In this document: positions 17,672 through 27,486 of the stretch, piece after piece
Position numbering within the stretch: position 1 is the stretch's first letter
Layout of the letters: each line of letters starts with the position of its first letter
NCBI GenBank assembly: GCA_965243025.1
Contig: CBDETY010000003.1
Span: forward strand, 864,001-928,000
Length of the DNA stretch: 64,000 nucleotides
Direction: 5' to 3'
Source: Candidatus Latescibacterota bacterium
GTDB taxonomy: Bacteria; Latescibacterota; UBA2968; UBA8231
The notes under the pieces: generated by a model
The model's database searches: none
What the model was told of the DNA's origin: nothing
What the model saw: only the letters and a program-made list of their open reading frames with translations
Position numbers and translations under genes: made by a program

Positions 17672-20600
17672 ATGAGAAAGCGTTCAGTGTTCCTCATGGC
17701 CTTGTTGTTGGCCGGGGTCCTGATGACGCAGGACAGTATTGCCCAGAAGATCCCCCCTTTACCCGAAGGCACCCTCGCCCGCCTGGGCAAAGGGGGAATC
17801 AGCTCGGACGACCGAGGGGTGGCCTGGTCCCCCGACGGCACGCGGCTGGCGGTGGCCGGTATAGGCGTCTGGTTGTACAACGCCCGCACCCTGTCCGAAA
17901 TCGCCTGGCTCAGAGGCGATGCGGACTATGTCCTCACGTCGGTGTCGTTTTCGCCGGATGGTCAGACCCTGGCCAGTAGTAGTGGGGACGGGACGGTGCG
18001 GTTGTGGGAGGTGGAGACCGGGCAGGAAAAGGCCGTCCTCGAAGGCCATTCGGGTCCGGTCTACTCGGTGTCGTTCTCCCCGGATGGGTCGTTGCTGGCC
18101 AGTGGCAGTGAGGACCAGACGGTGCGGCTGTGGGAGGTGGAGACCGGGCAGGAACAGGCGGTCCTCCAAGGCCATACGGGAAGGGTCTACTCGGTGTCGT
18201 TTTCGCCGGATGGTCAGATGTTGGCCAGTGGCAGTCGGGACGAGACGGTGCGGTTGTGGGATGTGGAGACCGGGCAGGAACAGGCGGTCCTCCAAGGCCA
18301 AACGCATAGGGTCCTTTCGGTGTCGTTTTCGCCGGATGGTCAGACCCTGGCCAGTAGTAGTGGGGACGGGACGGTGCGGTTGTGGGAGGTGGAGACGGGG
18401 CAGGAACAGGCCGTCCTCCAGGGCCATACGGGTGGAGTCTCCTCGGTGTCGTTCTCCCCGGATGGTCGGACCCTGGCAAGTGGCAGTAGGGACGATACGG
18501 TGCGGTTGTGGGATATGGAATCCGGGCAGCAAAGGGCGGTCCTCCGAGGCCATGCGGGGAGCGTCTCCTCGGTGTCGTTTTCCCCGGATGGTCAGACCCT
18601 GGCCAGTGGCGGTAATGACCAGAGGGTGCGGTTGTGGGATGTGGAGACGGGGCAGGAACAGGCCGTCCTCCAAGACCATACGGGGAGCGTCTACTCGGTG
18701 TCGTTCTCCCCGGACGGTCAAACCCTGGCCAGTGGCAGTTACGACCAGACGGTGCGGTTGTGGGATGTGGAGACGGGGCAGGAACAGGCCGTCCTCCAAG
18801 GCCATGCGGGTGGGGTCACTTCGGTGTCGTTTTCGCCGGATGGGTCGCTGCTGGCCAGTGCCAGTTCTGACCAGACGGTGTGGTTGTGGGATGTGGAGAC
18901 CGGGCAACAAAGGGCGGTTCTCCAAGGACAGATCCAATCGGTGTCGTTCTCCCCGGATGGTCAGATGTTGGCCAGTGGCGGTTGGGACGAGACGGTGCGG
19001 TTGTGGGATGTGGAATCCGGGCAGCAAAGGGCGGTCCTCCAAGGACATAGGAGTGAGGTCGAATCGGTGTCGTTTTCCCCGGATGGTCAGACCCTGGCCA
19101 GTGGAAGTTGGGACGATACGGGGGTGCGGTTGTGGGATGTGGCCAGCGGGCAGGAAAAGGCCGTCCTCCAAGGACATACGGCTGGGATCGAATCGGTGTC
19201 GTTCTCCCCGGATGGTCAGACCCTGGCCAGTGCCGGTAATGACCAGACGGTGCGGTTGTGGGATGTGGAATCCGGGCAGCAAAGGGCGGTCCTCCAAGGC
19301 CATACGGGTTTGGTCGAATCGGTGTCGTTCTCCCCGGATGGTCGGACCCTGGCAAGTGGCAGTTGGGACGATACGGTGCGATTGTGGGATGTGGAGACGG
19401 GGCAGGAACAGGCCGTCCTCCAAGGCCATACGCGAAGTGTCTACTCGGTGTCGTTCTCCCCGGATGGTCAGATTTTGGCCAGTGGCAGTTCGGACGGCAC
19501 GATTCTGCTGTGGGATATGGCCCCCTACGTCCCCTCCACCATCACCCCGGCCGTTCCCCAGAACAATAACCCCTTCCTATTACCCGAAGGCGCCCTCGCC
19601 CGCCTGGGCAAAGGGTACCTTTATGGGGACGGCCGAGCAGTGACCTGGTCGCCCGACGGCACGCGGCTGGCGGTGGTCAGCAGCATCGGCATCTGGCTCT
19701 ACGACGCCCATACCGGTGCTGAATCCGCCCTGCTCGGCCATGCGGGCGTCACTTCGGTGTCGTTTTCGCCGGATGGGTCGCTGCTGGCCAGTGGCAGTCG
19801 GGAGGGGACCCTTCGACTGTGGGACGTGGCCAGCCCGGAACAGGCCGTCCTCGAAGAGCTATACGGGGGGTGGGTCAGTTCGGTATCGTTTTCCCCGGAT
19901 GGGTCGCTGCTGGCCAGTGGCGGTCAGGACGGAACCATTCGATTGTGGGACGTGGCCAGCGGCCACCAACAGGCCGTCCTCGAAGGCCATACCGACTGGG
20001 TCCTTTCGGTGTCGTTTTCCCCGGATGGGTCGCTGCTGGCCAGTGGCAGCCAGGACGAGACGGTTCGATTGTGGGACGTGGCCAGCGGCCACCAACAGGC
20101 CCTCTTCGAGGGTCATACGGCCTTGGTATATACGGTGTCGTTTTCGCCGGATGGGTCGCTGCTGGCCAGTGGCAGTCGGGACGAGACGGTTCGATTGTGG
20201 GACGTGGCCAGCGGCCACCAACAGGCCGTCCTCGAAGGCCATACCGGCTGGGTCCTTTCGGTGTCGTTTTCGCCGGATGGGTCGCAGCTGGCCAGTGGCA
20301 GTTTTGACAAGACGGTTCGATTGTGGGACGTGGCCAGCGGCCAGGAACAGGCCGTCCTCCAAGGCCATACGACGTTGGTCCTTTCGGTGTCGTTTTCGCC
20401 GGATGGGTCGCAGCTGGCCAGTGGCAGTACCGACGGGACCATTCGATTGTGGGACGTGGCCAGCGGCCAGGAACAGGTTGTCCTCCAAGGCCATACGACG
20501 TTGGTCAATACGGTGTCGTTTTCGCCGGATGGGTCGCAGCTGGCCAGTGGCGGTACCGACGGGACCATTCGACTGTGGGAGGTGGCCAGCGGCCACCAAC

Positions 20601-21685
20601 AGGCCGTCCTCGAAAACACGAACCGGGTCACTTCGGTGTCGTTTTCGCCGGATGGGTCGCAGCTGGCCAGTGGCAGTGAGGACGAGACCGCGGTTCGAGT
20701 GTGGGACGTGGCCAGCGGCCACCAACAGGCCGTCCTCGAAAACACGAGCCGGGTCACTTCGGTGTCGTTTTCGCCGGATGGGTCGCAGCTGGCCAGTGGC
20801 GGTACCGACGGGACCATTCGATTGTGGGAGGTGGCCAGCGGCCACCAACGGGCCGCCCTAGAAGGCCATACGGACAGGGTCCTTTCGGTGTCGTTTTCCC
20901 CGGATGGGTCGCTGCTGGCCAGTGGCAGTTGGGACGGCACGATTCTGCTGTGGGATGTGGCCAGCGGCCACCAACAGGCCGTCCTCGAAGGCCATACGGA
21001 CTGGGTCACTTCGGTGTCGTTTTCGCCGGATGGTCAGACCCTGGCCAGTGGCAGTTGGGACGGCCTGATTCTGCTGTGGGATGTGGCCAGCGGCCACCAA
21101 CAGGCCGCCCTCGAAGGCCATGCGGGCCCGGCCACTTCGGTGTCGTTTTCGCCGGATGGGTCGCAACTGGCCAGTGGCAGTTGGGACGGCCTGATTCTGC
21201 TGTGGGATGTGGCCAGCGGCCACCAACAGGCCGCCCTCGAAGGCCATGCGGGCCCGGTCACTTCGGTGTCGTTTTCGCCGGATGGGTCGCTGCTGGCCAG
21301 TGGCAGTTGGGACGGCACGATTCTGCTGTGGGACATGGCGCCCTATGCCCCCCCCATTACCGCCGTCGAAGCCTCTTCGCCGCCGCTGCCGGCGCAGACG
21401 GCCTTGCTGGCCAACTATCCCAACCCCTTCAACCCCGACACCTGGATCCCCTTTCAACTGCTCGAGCCGGCCCCGGTGCGGCTGAGCATCTACGACGTCC
21501 GGGGGGCGCTGGTCCGGGAAATCGACGTGGGTCATCGGGCGGCGGGTCAGTACCTGACGAGCGCCGGCGCCATCCGGTGGGACGGCCGCGATCAGCGCGG
21601 CCAGCGGGTCGCCAGCGGAGTGTATCTGTATCGGTTGCAGGCCGGCCGGTTCGCCCAGGTGCGCAGGATGCTCCTTCTCAAATAG
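17672..21685 (+). CDS. Secreted WD40-repeat protein (two 14-repeat blocks) with C-terminal FlgD-Ig/T9SS-like domain
   Basis: Signal peptide MRKRSVFLMALLLAG; repeats GHxxxVxSVSFSPDGxxLASGSxDxTVRLWDV; tail NYPNPFNP...ASGVYLYRL...MLLLK. Confidence 0.92.
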   Translation: MRKRSVFLMALLLAGVLMTQDSIAQKIPPLPEGTLARLGKGGISSDDRGVAWSPDGTRLAVAGIGVWLYNARTLSEIAWLRGDADYVLTSVSFSPDGQTLASSSGDGTVRLWEVETGQEKAVLEGHSGPVYSVSFSPDGSLLASGSEDQTVRLWEVETGQEQAVLQGHTGRVYSVSFSPDGQMLASGSRDETVRLWDVETGQEQAVLQGQTHRVLSVSFSPDGQTLASSSGDGTVRLWEVETGQEQAVLQGHTGGVSSVSFSPDGRTLASGSRDDTVRLWDMESGQQRAVLRGHAGSVSSVSFSPDGQTLASGGNDQRVRLWDVETGQEQAVLQDHTGSVYSVSFSPDGQTLASGSYDQTVRLWDVETGQEQAVLQGHAGGVTSVSFSPDGSLLASASSDQTVWLWDVETGQQRAVLQGQIQSVSFSPDGQMLASGGWDETVRLWDVESGQQRAVLQGHRSEVESVSFSPDGQTLASGSWDDTGVRLWDVASGQEKAVLQGHTAGIESVSFSPDGQTLASAGNDQTVRLWDVESGQQRAVLQGHTGLVESVSFSPDGRTLASGSWDDTVRLWDVETGQEQAVLQGHTRSVYSVSFSPDGQILASGSSDGTILLWDMAPYVPSTITPAVPQNNNPFLLPEGALARLGKGYLYGDGRAVTWSPDGTRLAVVSSIGIWLYDAHTGAESALLGHAGVTSVSFSPDGSLLASGSREGTLRLWDVASPEQAVLEELYGGWVSSVSFSPDGSLLASGGQDGTIRLWDVASGHQQAVLEGHTDWVLSVSFSPDGSLLASGSQDETVRLWDVASGHQQALFEGHTALVYTVSFSPDGSLLASGSRDETVRLWDVASGHQQAVLEGHTGWVLSVSFSPDGSQLASGSFDKTVRLWDVASGQEQAVLQGHTTLVLSVSFSPDGSQLASGSTDGTIRLWDVASGQEQVVLQGHTTLVNTVSFSPDGSQLASGGTDGTIRLWEVASGHQQAVLENTNRVTSVSFSPDGSQLASGSEDETAVRVWDVASGHQQAVLENTSRVTSVSFSPDGSQLASGGTDGTIRLWEVASGHQRAALEGHTDRVLSVSFSPDGSLLASGSWDGTILLWDVASGHQQAVLEGHTDWVTSVSFSPDGQTLASGSWDGLILLWDVASGHQQAALEGHAGPATSVSFSPDGSQLASGSWDGLILLWDVASGHQQAALEGHAGPVTSVSFSPDGSLLASGSWDGTILLWDMAPYAPPITAVEASSPPLPAQTALLANYPNPFNPDTWIPFQLLEPAPVRLSIYDVRGALVREIDVGHRAAGQYLTSAGAIRWDGRDQRGQRVASGVYLYRLQAGRFAQVRRMLLLK

Positions 21686-21823
21686 CTTGGCGGGGAGGGA
21701 TAACGCCCAAAGCGAACCGGCCCCCGGTTTGAATGTCCCGGAGGTCATTCTATTCCCGAGGCGGGATGACAGGGGGAATCTAGCCGCCTTCGGGACCCCA
21801 CACCCCAAAAAGAGGTAGCTCGG

Positions 21824-24031
21824 ATGAAAAAGCGTGCAGTGTTCCTCATGGCCTTGTTGTTGGCCGGCGCCCTGATGGTGCAGGAGAGTTTTGCCCAGAC
21901 GATACCCCCTTTACCCGAAGGCGCCCTTGCCCGCCTGGGCAAAGGGGGTATCGGAGAGGGCGACCGAGGGGTGGCCTGGTCCCCCGACGGCACGCGGCTG
22001 GCGGTGGCCGGCGTGGGCATCTGGTTGTACGACGCCCGCACTCTGTCCGAAGTCGCCTGGCTCAGAGGCGATGCGGACTATTTCCTCTCATCGGTGTCGT
22101 TCTCCCCGGATGGTCAGACTCTGGCCGGTGGCAGTGAGGACAACACGGTCCGGTTGTGGGATGTGGAGACCGGGCAGGAACAGGCCGTCCTCCAAGGCCA
22201 TTGGAGTTCGGTCACCTCGGTGTCGTTCTCCCCGGATGGTCAGACCCTGGCCAGTGGCAGTTGGGACGAGACGGTGCGGTTGTGGGAGGTGGAGACGGGG
22301 CAGGAAAAGGCCGTCCTCGAAGGCCATACGGGTCCGGTCTCCTCGGTGTCGTTCTCCTGGGATGGTCAGACCCTGGCCAGTGGCAGTTGGGACGAGACGG
22401 TGCGGTTGTGGGAGGTGGAGACGGGGCAGGAACAGGCCGTCCTCGAAGGCCATACGGGTCCGGTCTCCTCGGTGTCGTTCTCCCCGCATGGGCAGACCCT
22501 GGCCAGTGGCAGCTATTGGGACTCGTCCGTGCGGTTGTGGGATGCGGAGACCGGGCAGGAACAGGCCACCCTCCTCCATCCGGAGGGGGTCACCGCGGTG
22601 TCGTTCGACCGGGAGGGTTGGACCCTTGCCGGTGCCGGTACTGGGGAGGGGATCATTCTAGTGTGGGAGGTGGAGACCGGCCAGGAACTGGCGTTCCTCA
22701 AAGGCCCTGAGTGGGTGGATGTCACCTCGGTGTCGTTCTCCCCGGACGGTCAGACCCTGGCCAGTGGCGGTCTGGACGAGAGGGTGCGGTTGTGGGATCT
22801 GGAGACCGGGCAGGAAATGGCCGTCCTCCAAGACCATACCGATGGGGTCAACTCGGTGTCGTTCTCCCCGGAGGGTCAAACCCTGGCCAGCGGCAACGGG
22901 GACGGGACGGTGCGGGTGTGGGATGTGGCCAACCAGGAACAGGCCGTCCTCGAAGAGCTATACGGGGGGTGGGTCAGTTCGGTGTCGTTCTCCCCGGATG
23001 GGCAGACCCTGGCCAGCAGCCAAGGGGACCGGAGGGTGGTCCTGTTGTGGGAAGTGGAACCCTGGCAGGAAAAGGCCACTCTCTGTTGCCAGCAGTGGGA
23101 GGTCATTTCGGTGTCGTTTTCGCCGGATGGCTCGCTGCTGGCCAGTGGCCATATAGACGGAACCGTCCAATTGTGGGACATGGCCAGCGGCCAGGAACAG
23201 GCCGTCTTCGAAGGCCATACGGACTGGGTCAACTCAGTGTCGTTTTCGCCGGATGGGTCGCAGCTGGCCAGTGGCAGTCGGGACGAGACGGTGCGGTTGT
23301 GGGATGTGGAAACCGGGCAGGAACAGGCCGTCCTCCAAGGCCATACGGATTGGGTCCGGTCGGTGTCGTTTTCGCCGGATGGTCAGACCCTGGCCAGTGG
23401 CAGCAGGGATGGGGGGACCATTCGATTATGGGACGTGGCCAGCGGCCAGGGACAGGCCGTCTTCGAAGGCCATACGGATGGGGTCAACGCGGTGTCGTTT
23501 TCGCCGGATGGTCGGACCCTGGCCAGTGGCAGTGATGACTACACGGTCCGGTTGTGGGATGTGGAGACCGGGCAGGAACAGGCCGTCCTCCAAGGCCATT
23601 CGGGGTGGGTCTCCTCGGTGTCGTTCTCTCCGGATGGTCAGATTTTGGCCAGTGGCAGTGGGGACGGCACGGTCTTGCTGTGGGACACGACGCGGTTTGT
23701 CCCCGACTCGTCCGTTCCTACTGCGGTCGCCGCAGCCGAGAGCAGCGCACCGGCGGCCAGCCGCCTGGAGCCGAATCACCCCAACCCCTTCAACGGACGC
23801 ACCCGCATCTCCTATCGTCTGGCCGCATCCGGCCGGGTTCGGCTGGAAATCTGCAATGCCCTGGGACAGTCGGTGCGCACCTTGGTGGATCAGGTCCAGC
23901 CCGCCGGCGCGTATCGGGTCGTCTGGGACGCCCGCGATCAGCAGGGCGCGGCGGTGGCCGCCGGAGTCTATCTGACGCGCCTGAAATCTCCGACCGGCGT
24001 GCAGACCCGCCGGCTACTCTACCTCAAGTAA
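21824..24031 (+). CDS. Secreted WD40-repeat protein (14 repeats) with C-terminal FlgD-Ig/T9SS-like domain
   Basis: N-terminus nearly identical to the upstream paralog; NHPNPFN tail. Confidence 0.92.
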   Translation: MKKRAVFLMALLLAGALMVQESFAQTIPPLPEGALARLGKGGIGEGDRGVAWSPDGTRLAVAGVGIWLYDARTLSEVAWLRGDADYFLSSVSFSPDGQTLAGGSEDNTVRLWDVETGQEQAVLQGHWSSVTSVSFSPDGQTLASGSWDETVRLWEVETGQEKAVLEGHTGPVSSVSFSWDGQTLASGSWDETVRLWEVETGQEQAVLEGHTGPVSSVSFSPHGQTLASGSYWDSSVRLWDAETGQEQATLLHPEGVTAVSFDREGWTLAGAGTGEGIILVWEVETGQELAFLKGPEWVDVTSVSFSPDGQTLASGGLDERVRLWDLETGQEMAVLQDHTDGVNSVSFSPEGQTLASGNGDGTVRVWDVANQEQAVLEELYGGWVSSVSFSPDGQTLASSQGDRRVVLLWEVEPWQEKATLCCQQWEVISVSFSPDGSLLASGHIDGTVQLWDMASGQEQAVFEGHTDWVNSVSFSPDGSQLASGSRDETVRLWDVETGQEQAVLQGHTDWVRSVSFSPDGQTLASGSRDGGTIRLWDVASGQGQAVFEGHTDGVNAVSFSPDGRTLASGSDDYTVRLWDVETGQEQAVLQGHSGWVSSVSFSPDGQILASGSGDGTVLLWDTTRFVPDSSVPTAVAAAESSAPAASRLEPNHPNPFNGRTRISYRLAASGRVRLEICNALGQSVRTLVDQVQPAGAYRVVWDARDQQGAAVAAGVYLTRLKSPTGVQTRRLLYLK

Positions 24032-24069
24032 TCGATGCGGCAGGGTAGGACCTAACTACGGGGGCAAAA

Positions 24070-24270
24070 GACTGACCATACGGATGCTCTCTCGGAGCCG
24101 GACGCCGGTGGCGTGGAGACCGGCTCCCCACCCGGTCCTCCGGAGAGCCGGGCGGAAGCCCGGGGCTCAACGGTCTGTACAAAGGCCATGCGTGGGGTGT
24201 CAATTCGGTCGTTTTTCACTGGGTGGAAGGACCTTGGAAAGTGGCAGTGATGCCTACACGCTTGGTGACC
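24070..24270 (+). pseudogene. Decayed WD40-repeat fragment
   Basis: Degenerate matches to the repeat DNA (GACCATACGGAT, GTGGAGACCGG, AAGGCCATGCG, AGTGGCAGTGATG). Confidence 0.5.
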
Positions 24271-24379
24271 GAGGGGAACCTTCAGACGCGGAACCTCACC
24301 CGCTGCGGTGAGAAACAACCCCGACAGCTTCCAGGAAGAGAACCGAATCCCTTCGTTTGCAAGTTACTGGAGAGTTATC

Positions 24380-24610
24380 GTTGGCCGAAGCTCCTGCCCG
24401 TCGAGAAACAGCGCCATCAGGTCGATTGTTGCAAAAGTTCGGTCAGCTTGCGGATTCTCGGCGGAGTCCTCGCAGTTCCACTGGTGTTTCTTCCGCCCCG
24501 CAGCCGGTTTTTCCGATATCGGCACCTCGACCCGGGCAGTTCCTGAATCTCCCAAGCAAACCCACCTGAACTGACCCCCTCGGCGGCGACCGGCTTCCAA
24601 CCCCCAGGGA
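24380..24610 (-). repeat. Degenerate dispersed repeat, copy A (decayed unknown ORF)
   Basis: Shares GAGAAACAGxGCCATCAGGTCGAT with ~41799-41822 and GGGCAGTTCCTGAATCTCCCA with 40678-40698. Confidence 0.7.
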
Positions 24611-25183
24611 TTAGCCAGGTGTCCCGACCCTCATCCCCTCCCCGATCAGAGCCGGCCTCCGATCCACCGTGCCGATTTCCCAAGAGGGAGTGCAAGGCAA
24701 CGAGAGGATCCCTCGGGAATCGTCCCGCTCCTGTATTCTCCGTAGGAGAATGTCTTCTGCAGCGTTGTCTCGCCAATACCATGCCAGGGCACCCACGAAC
24801 CGGATTCCTGCCTGATCTCTCCGTCAACCACCAGAAAGATCATTCCGAATGGGGTCATCAAGGGCGGCGAAGCGCGGCGATTCTGCGGCGCGTATTGGCG
24901 GCGATTGTGAAGGCCTGGCCCAAGGTGCAGGTCACGTTGCGAGGGGACTCTCACTTCAGCACCCCGGAGGTCCACGAGGTGTGCGAAGAGTATGGCCTGT
25001 CGCTTATCCGGGGCAAGGCACCCAACTCCAAGCTGCACGAACTCGGGGTGCCGCGGATAGAGCAGGCGCGGGCGCAGGCGGGAAAAGTGCGGCAAAGTGG
25101 AGTCGGTGCGGCTCTTTACCAGTTTCTTTTACCAAGCCAAGAGCTGGAAGCGCCCGCAGCGCATCCTCTACAAGGCCGTGAGG

Positions 25184-26068
25184 TTACCCCGATTTCACGG
25201 ACAGTTTTCCGTTTGGATTTATACCCCTTGATAAATGATACCTCTCGTAGTTGATGGGAGATCGTTGTCCCAGGGCCGAGTGCCGCCGATGGGGGTTGTA
25301 CCAGCCTTCCAGGTATTCGAAAACCGTACGCTGGGCTTGCGACTGGGTAGCAAACCGATGACGATCCAGCAGCTCCCTTTCCAAGGTGGCGAAAAAGCTT
25401 TCGCACAGAGCATTGTCGAAGCAGTCACCGACCGATCCCATCGACGGACGTACCCCGGCCTGGCGACAGCGCTTCCCGAAGGCCAGGGCCGTATACTGAC
25501 TGCCGTGGTCGGAGTGGTGAATCACTTTCTTGGGACGGCGCCGGTGCAGGGCCATGTCAAGGGCGTCCAGCACCAACTGCGTACGCATATGGTTCGCCAT
25601 GGCCCAGCCCACCACTCGGCGGCTCCAGGCGTCCATGACCACGCTCAGATACAAAAACCCCGACCTCGTGGGAATGTAGGTGAGATCGGCAACCCACAGG
25701 CGATTCGGGCCGGAGACCGAAAACACCCGCTTGACCAGGTCGGAGGCGACCCGGCCCTGCCGGCCGCGACGGGTGGTGGAGAGGCGGCGGCGGGCGCATA
25801 CCCCGCGCACCCCGAGCTCAAGCATCAATCGGGCGATGCGCTTGCGACCGATGGCTTGGCCCTCCTCGGCCAGTTCGGCCCGGATCCTCGGCGCTCCATA
25901 AGTGCCCCGGGAGTGTTGGTGGATCTGCTCGACACGTGCCTTGAGCACGGCATCGGCCCGGGCGCGACCCGAAGGCGGGCGTTTCAACCAGGCGTAGTAG
26001 CCGCTGGGGGAGACCTTCAGCACGCGGCACATCGTCAGCACCGGAAAGTCGGCCTGGTGCGCTCTCAT
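25184..26068 (-). CDS. IS3-family transposase OrfB (rve integrase core)
   Basis: WVADLTY, HHSDHGSQY, DNALCESFF DDE motifs. Confidence 0.95.
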   Translation of the reverse strand: MRAHQADFPVLTMCRVLKVSPSGYYAWLKRPPSGRARADAVLKARVEQIHQHSRGTYGAPRIRAELAEEGQAIGRKRIARLMLELGVRGVCARRRLSTTRRGRQGRVASDLVKRVFSVSGPNRLWVADLTYIPTRSGFLYLSVVMDAWSRRVVGWAMANHMRTQLVLDALDMALHRRRPKKVIHHSDHGSQYTALAFGKRCRQAGVRPSMGSVGDCFDNALCESFFATLERELLDRHRFATQSQAQRTVFEYLEGWYNPHRRHSALGQRSPINYERYHLSRGINPNGKLSVKSG

Positions 26069-26379
26069 GAACTCGTAGACGGGCCGGACTCCGAGTCGGC
26101 CTCGCGAGCGAACCAGGCCGTGGCTTTTGCCAGGATCTCCCGTTCGATACGCAGTTGCTTGTTCTCACGGCGAAGGCGCCGCAATTCCTCCTGCTCCGGA
26201 CGGGAGGGGCCGTCGCGGCGCACCCCCTCATCGCGTTCGGCCTGGATCACCCAGTTGCGGATCGTCTGCCCGGACGGCTCGAATTCCTTGGCCAGCGACT
26301 CCGGACTACGACCCGCCCGTACCAGTTCCACCATCTGTTGCCGGAATTCGGGCGGATAAGGGGAATGGGATTTCGGCAT
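26065..26379 (-). CDS. IS3-family transposase OrfA
   Basis: YPPEFRQQMVELV...HTH...EELRRLRRENKQLRIEREILAKA; ATGA overlap with orfB. Confidence 0.93.
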   Translation of the reverse strand: MPKSHSPYPPEFRQQMVELVRAGRSPESLAKEFEPSGQTIRNWVIQAERDEGVRRDGPSRPEQEELRRLRRENKQLRIEREILAKATAWFAREADSESGPSTSS

Positions 26380-26869
26380 GGTTGGACACCCTCCTTTCTT
26401 TCAAGAAATGAAGTGTCCACGAAATCGGGTCAACTCCAGCCGAGGTTATCCAAGGCAAAGCCAATCCCCGCTTTGTGACCACCAACACCGCGGACCGATC
26501 CCCCAAGTTTTTGTATGAGAAGGTCTATTGTGCCCGCGGACGGGCGAAAGGATTCATCAAGAATCACAAGACCTTCCTGCATCGGACCGCACCTCCTGCC
26601 ATCGATTCGCGGCCAATCATTCACGGAGAAAAAGGTCCCAATTCGGGACATTTAAAAGGCGTGGAGATCCCCATCCATCGATCCGCCTTGCTTTTGGAGA
26701 TGGCCAAACGGAAGCCAGCCATTCCCGCCTGACCAGGACATGACAGCGTTGCGGATTTGGAAGGAAGAGAGAACTCAGCGGGGCATTTCTCAAGTAGTCA
26801 TCTATTTATCATTTAAAAAGCATAAAATATCACCCTGAAATCATTTGTTTTTCAGTACATTCCAACCGC

Positions 26870-27366
26870 TTTTCCTGCCATCAACCGCATCGGCACAGCT
26901 CCTGGGGAGAATGGCAAGGCACCTTCCCCGAGGGAGGAAAGCCTTTTCGTTGTCCCGGATGGACTCCCGGAGATACTGATAGAACGGCGTTGACGCGGAG
27001 ACCTCATACGCCAGCAGTTCGAGGATGCCGGTCTGAAGGCTCCCAGCGACCTGTTGTGACGGAAATCGCCAGTGAGTTTCTCGGGGACCCCTTCCAGACT
27101 ACTGGCCAGTGACCTTCGGGTATGTCTTGGAGGGAGACCTCCTGAGTGGAAACAGCAAGATGGGGAAAGACCAAGAGGCGATAGACGTGGTCGGGCCGTG
27201 GCTTCGTCTGTACTTGGATTCGGAGGTCTCAGCAGCTTCCGGACCCTCCTCTCGCGGACAGGTTGTGGCCCTCTTTTTTCATCGTCCGGATTCGGAAGCC
27301 CGTACCAATCTGAAATCAGCACCGCAGCTTATAACCGGCAGTCTAACCGAACAGGACCTCAATTGA
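26870..27366 (+). pseudogene. Decayed paralog of the secreted protein at 35355-35903
   Basis: GCACAGCTCC...GAATGG and ATACGCCAGCAGTTCGAGGATGCCGGTCTG (IRQQFEDAGL) match 35400-35420 and 35634-35663; internal deletions and frameshifts. Confidence 0.6.
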
Positions 27367-27465
27367 AATCGAGGCTCTCGTTGATGCGCAAGCTGGCCTG
27401 GCTCAACCGGGTCAGACGCTCCCGCAGGGACTCGTTGTCCCGTTCCATCCCTTCAGCCGGTTCAT
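27367..27465 (-). pseudogene. 5' fragment of a gene (sensor-kinase-like), copy 2
   Basis: MERDNESLRERLTRLSQASLRINESLDF; homologous to 17333-17430. Confidence 0.5.
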
Positions 27466-27486
27466 CTTCCTCTCCAGGTCGGAACC

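Larger units (their letters stand above)
25179..26438 (-). mobile_element. Complete IS3-family element with 4-bp target duplication GCCG
   Basis: Ends TGAGGTTACCCCGATTTCACGGACA and TGTCCACGAAATCGGGTCAACTCCA are imperfect inverted repeats (TG...CA); GCCG at 25175-25178 and 26439-26442. Confidence 0.95.
24850..26732 (+). pseudogene. IS1380-family transposase remnant interrupted by IS3
   Basis: AWPKVQVTLRGDSHFSTPEV before the insertion; removing IS3 plus one GCCG restores ILYKAEVIQGKANPRFVTTN...LYEKVYCARG. Additional frameshifts present. Confidence 0.8.

Noticed and set aside
17930-21340. Regular ~126-bp repeats as a possible CRISPR array or DGR template/variable pair
   Set aside because: The units are in-frame WD40 codons without unique spacers; no cas or reverse transcriptase gene in the window, and variation is not visibly adenine-specific.
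17759-23975. Long alternative-frame and antisense ORFs over the WD40 genes (also over res/mod and 45108-47279)
   Set aside because: Shadow ORFs expected from GC-rich repetitive coding DNA; no independent motifs.
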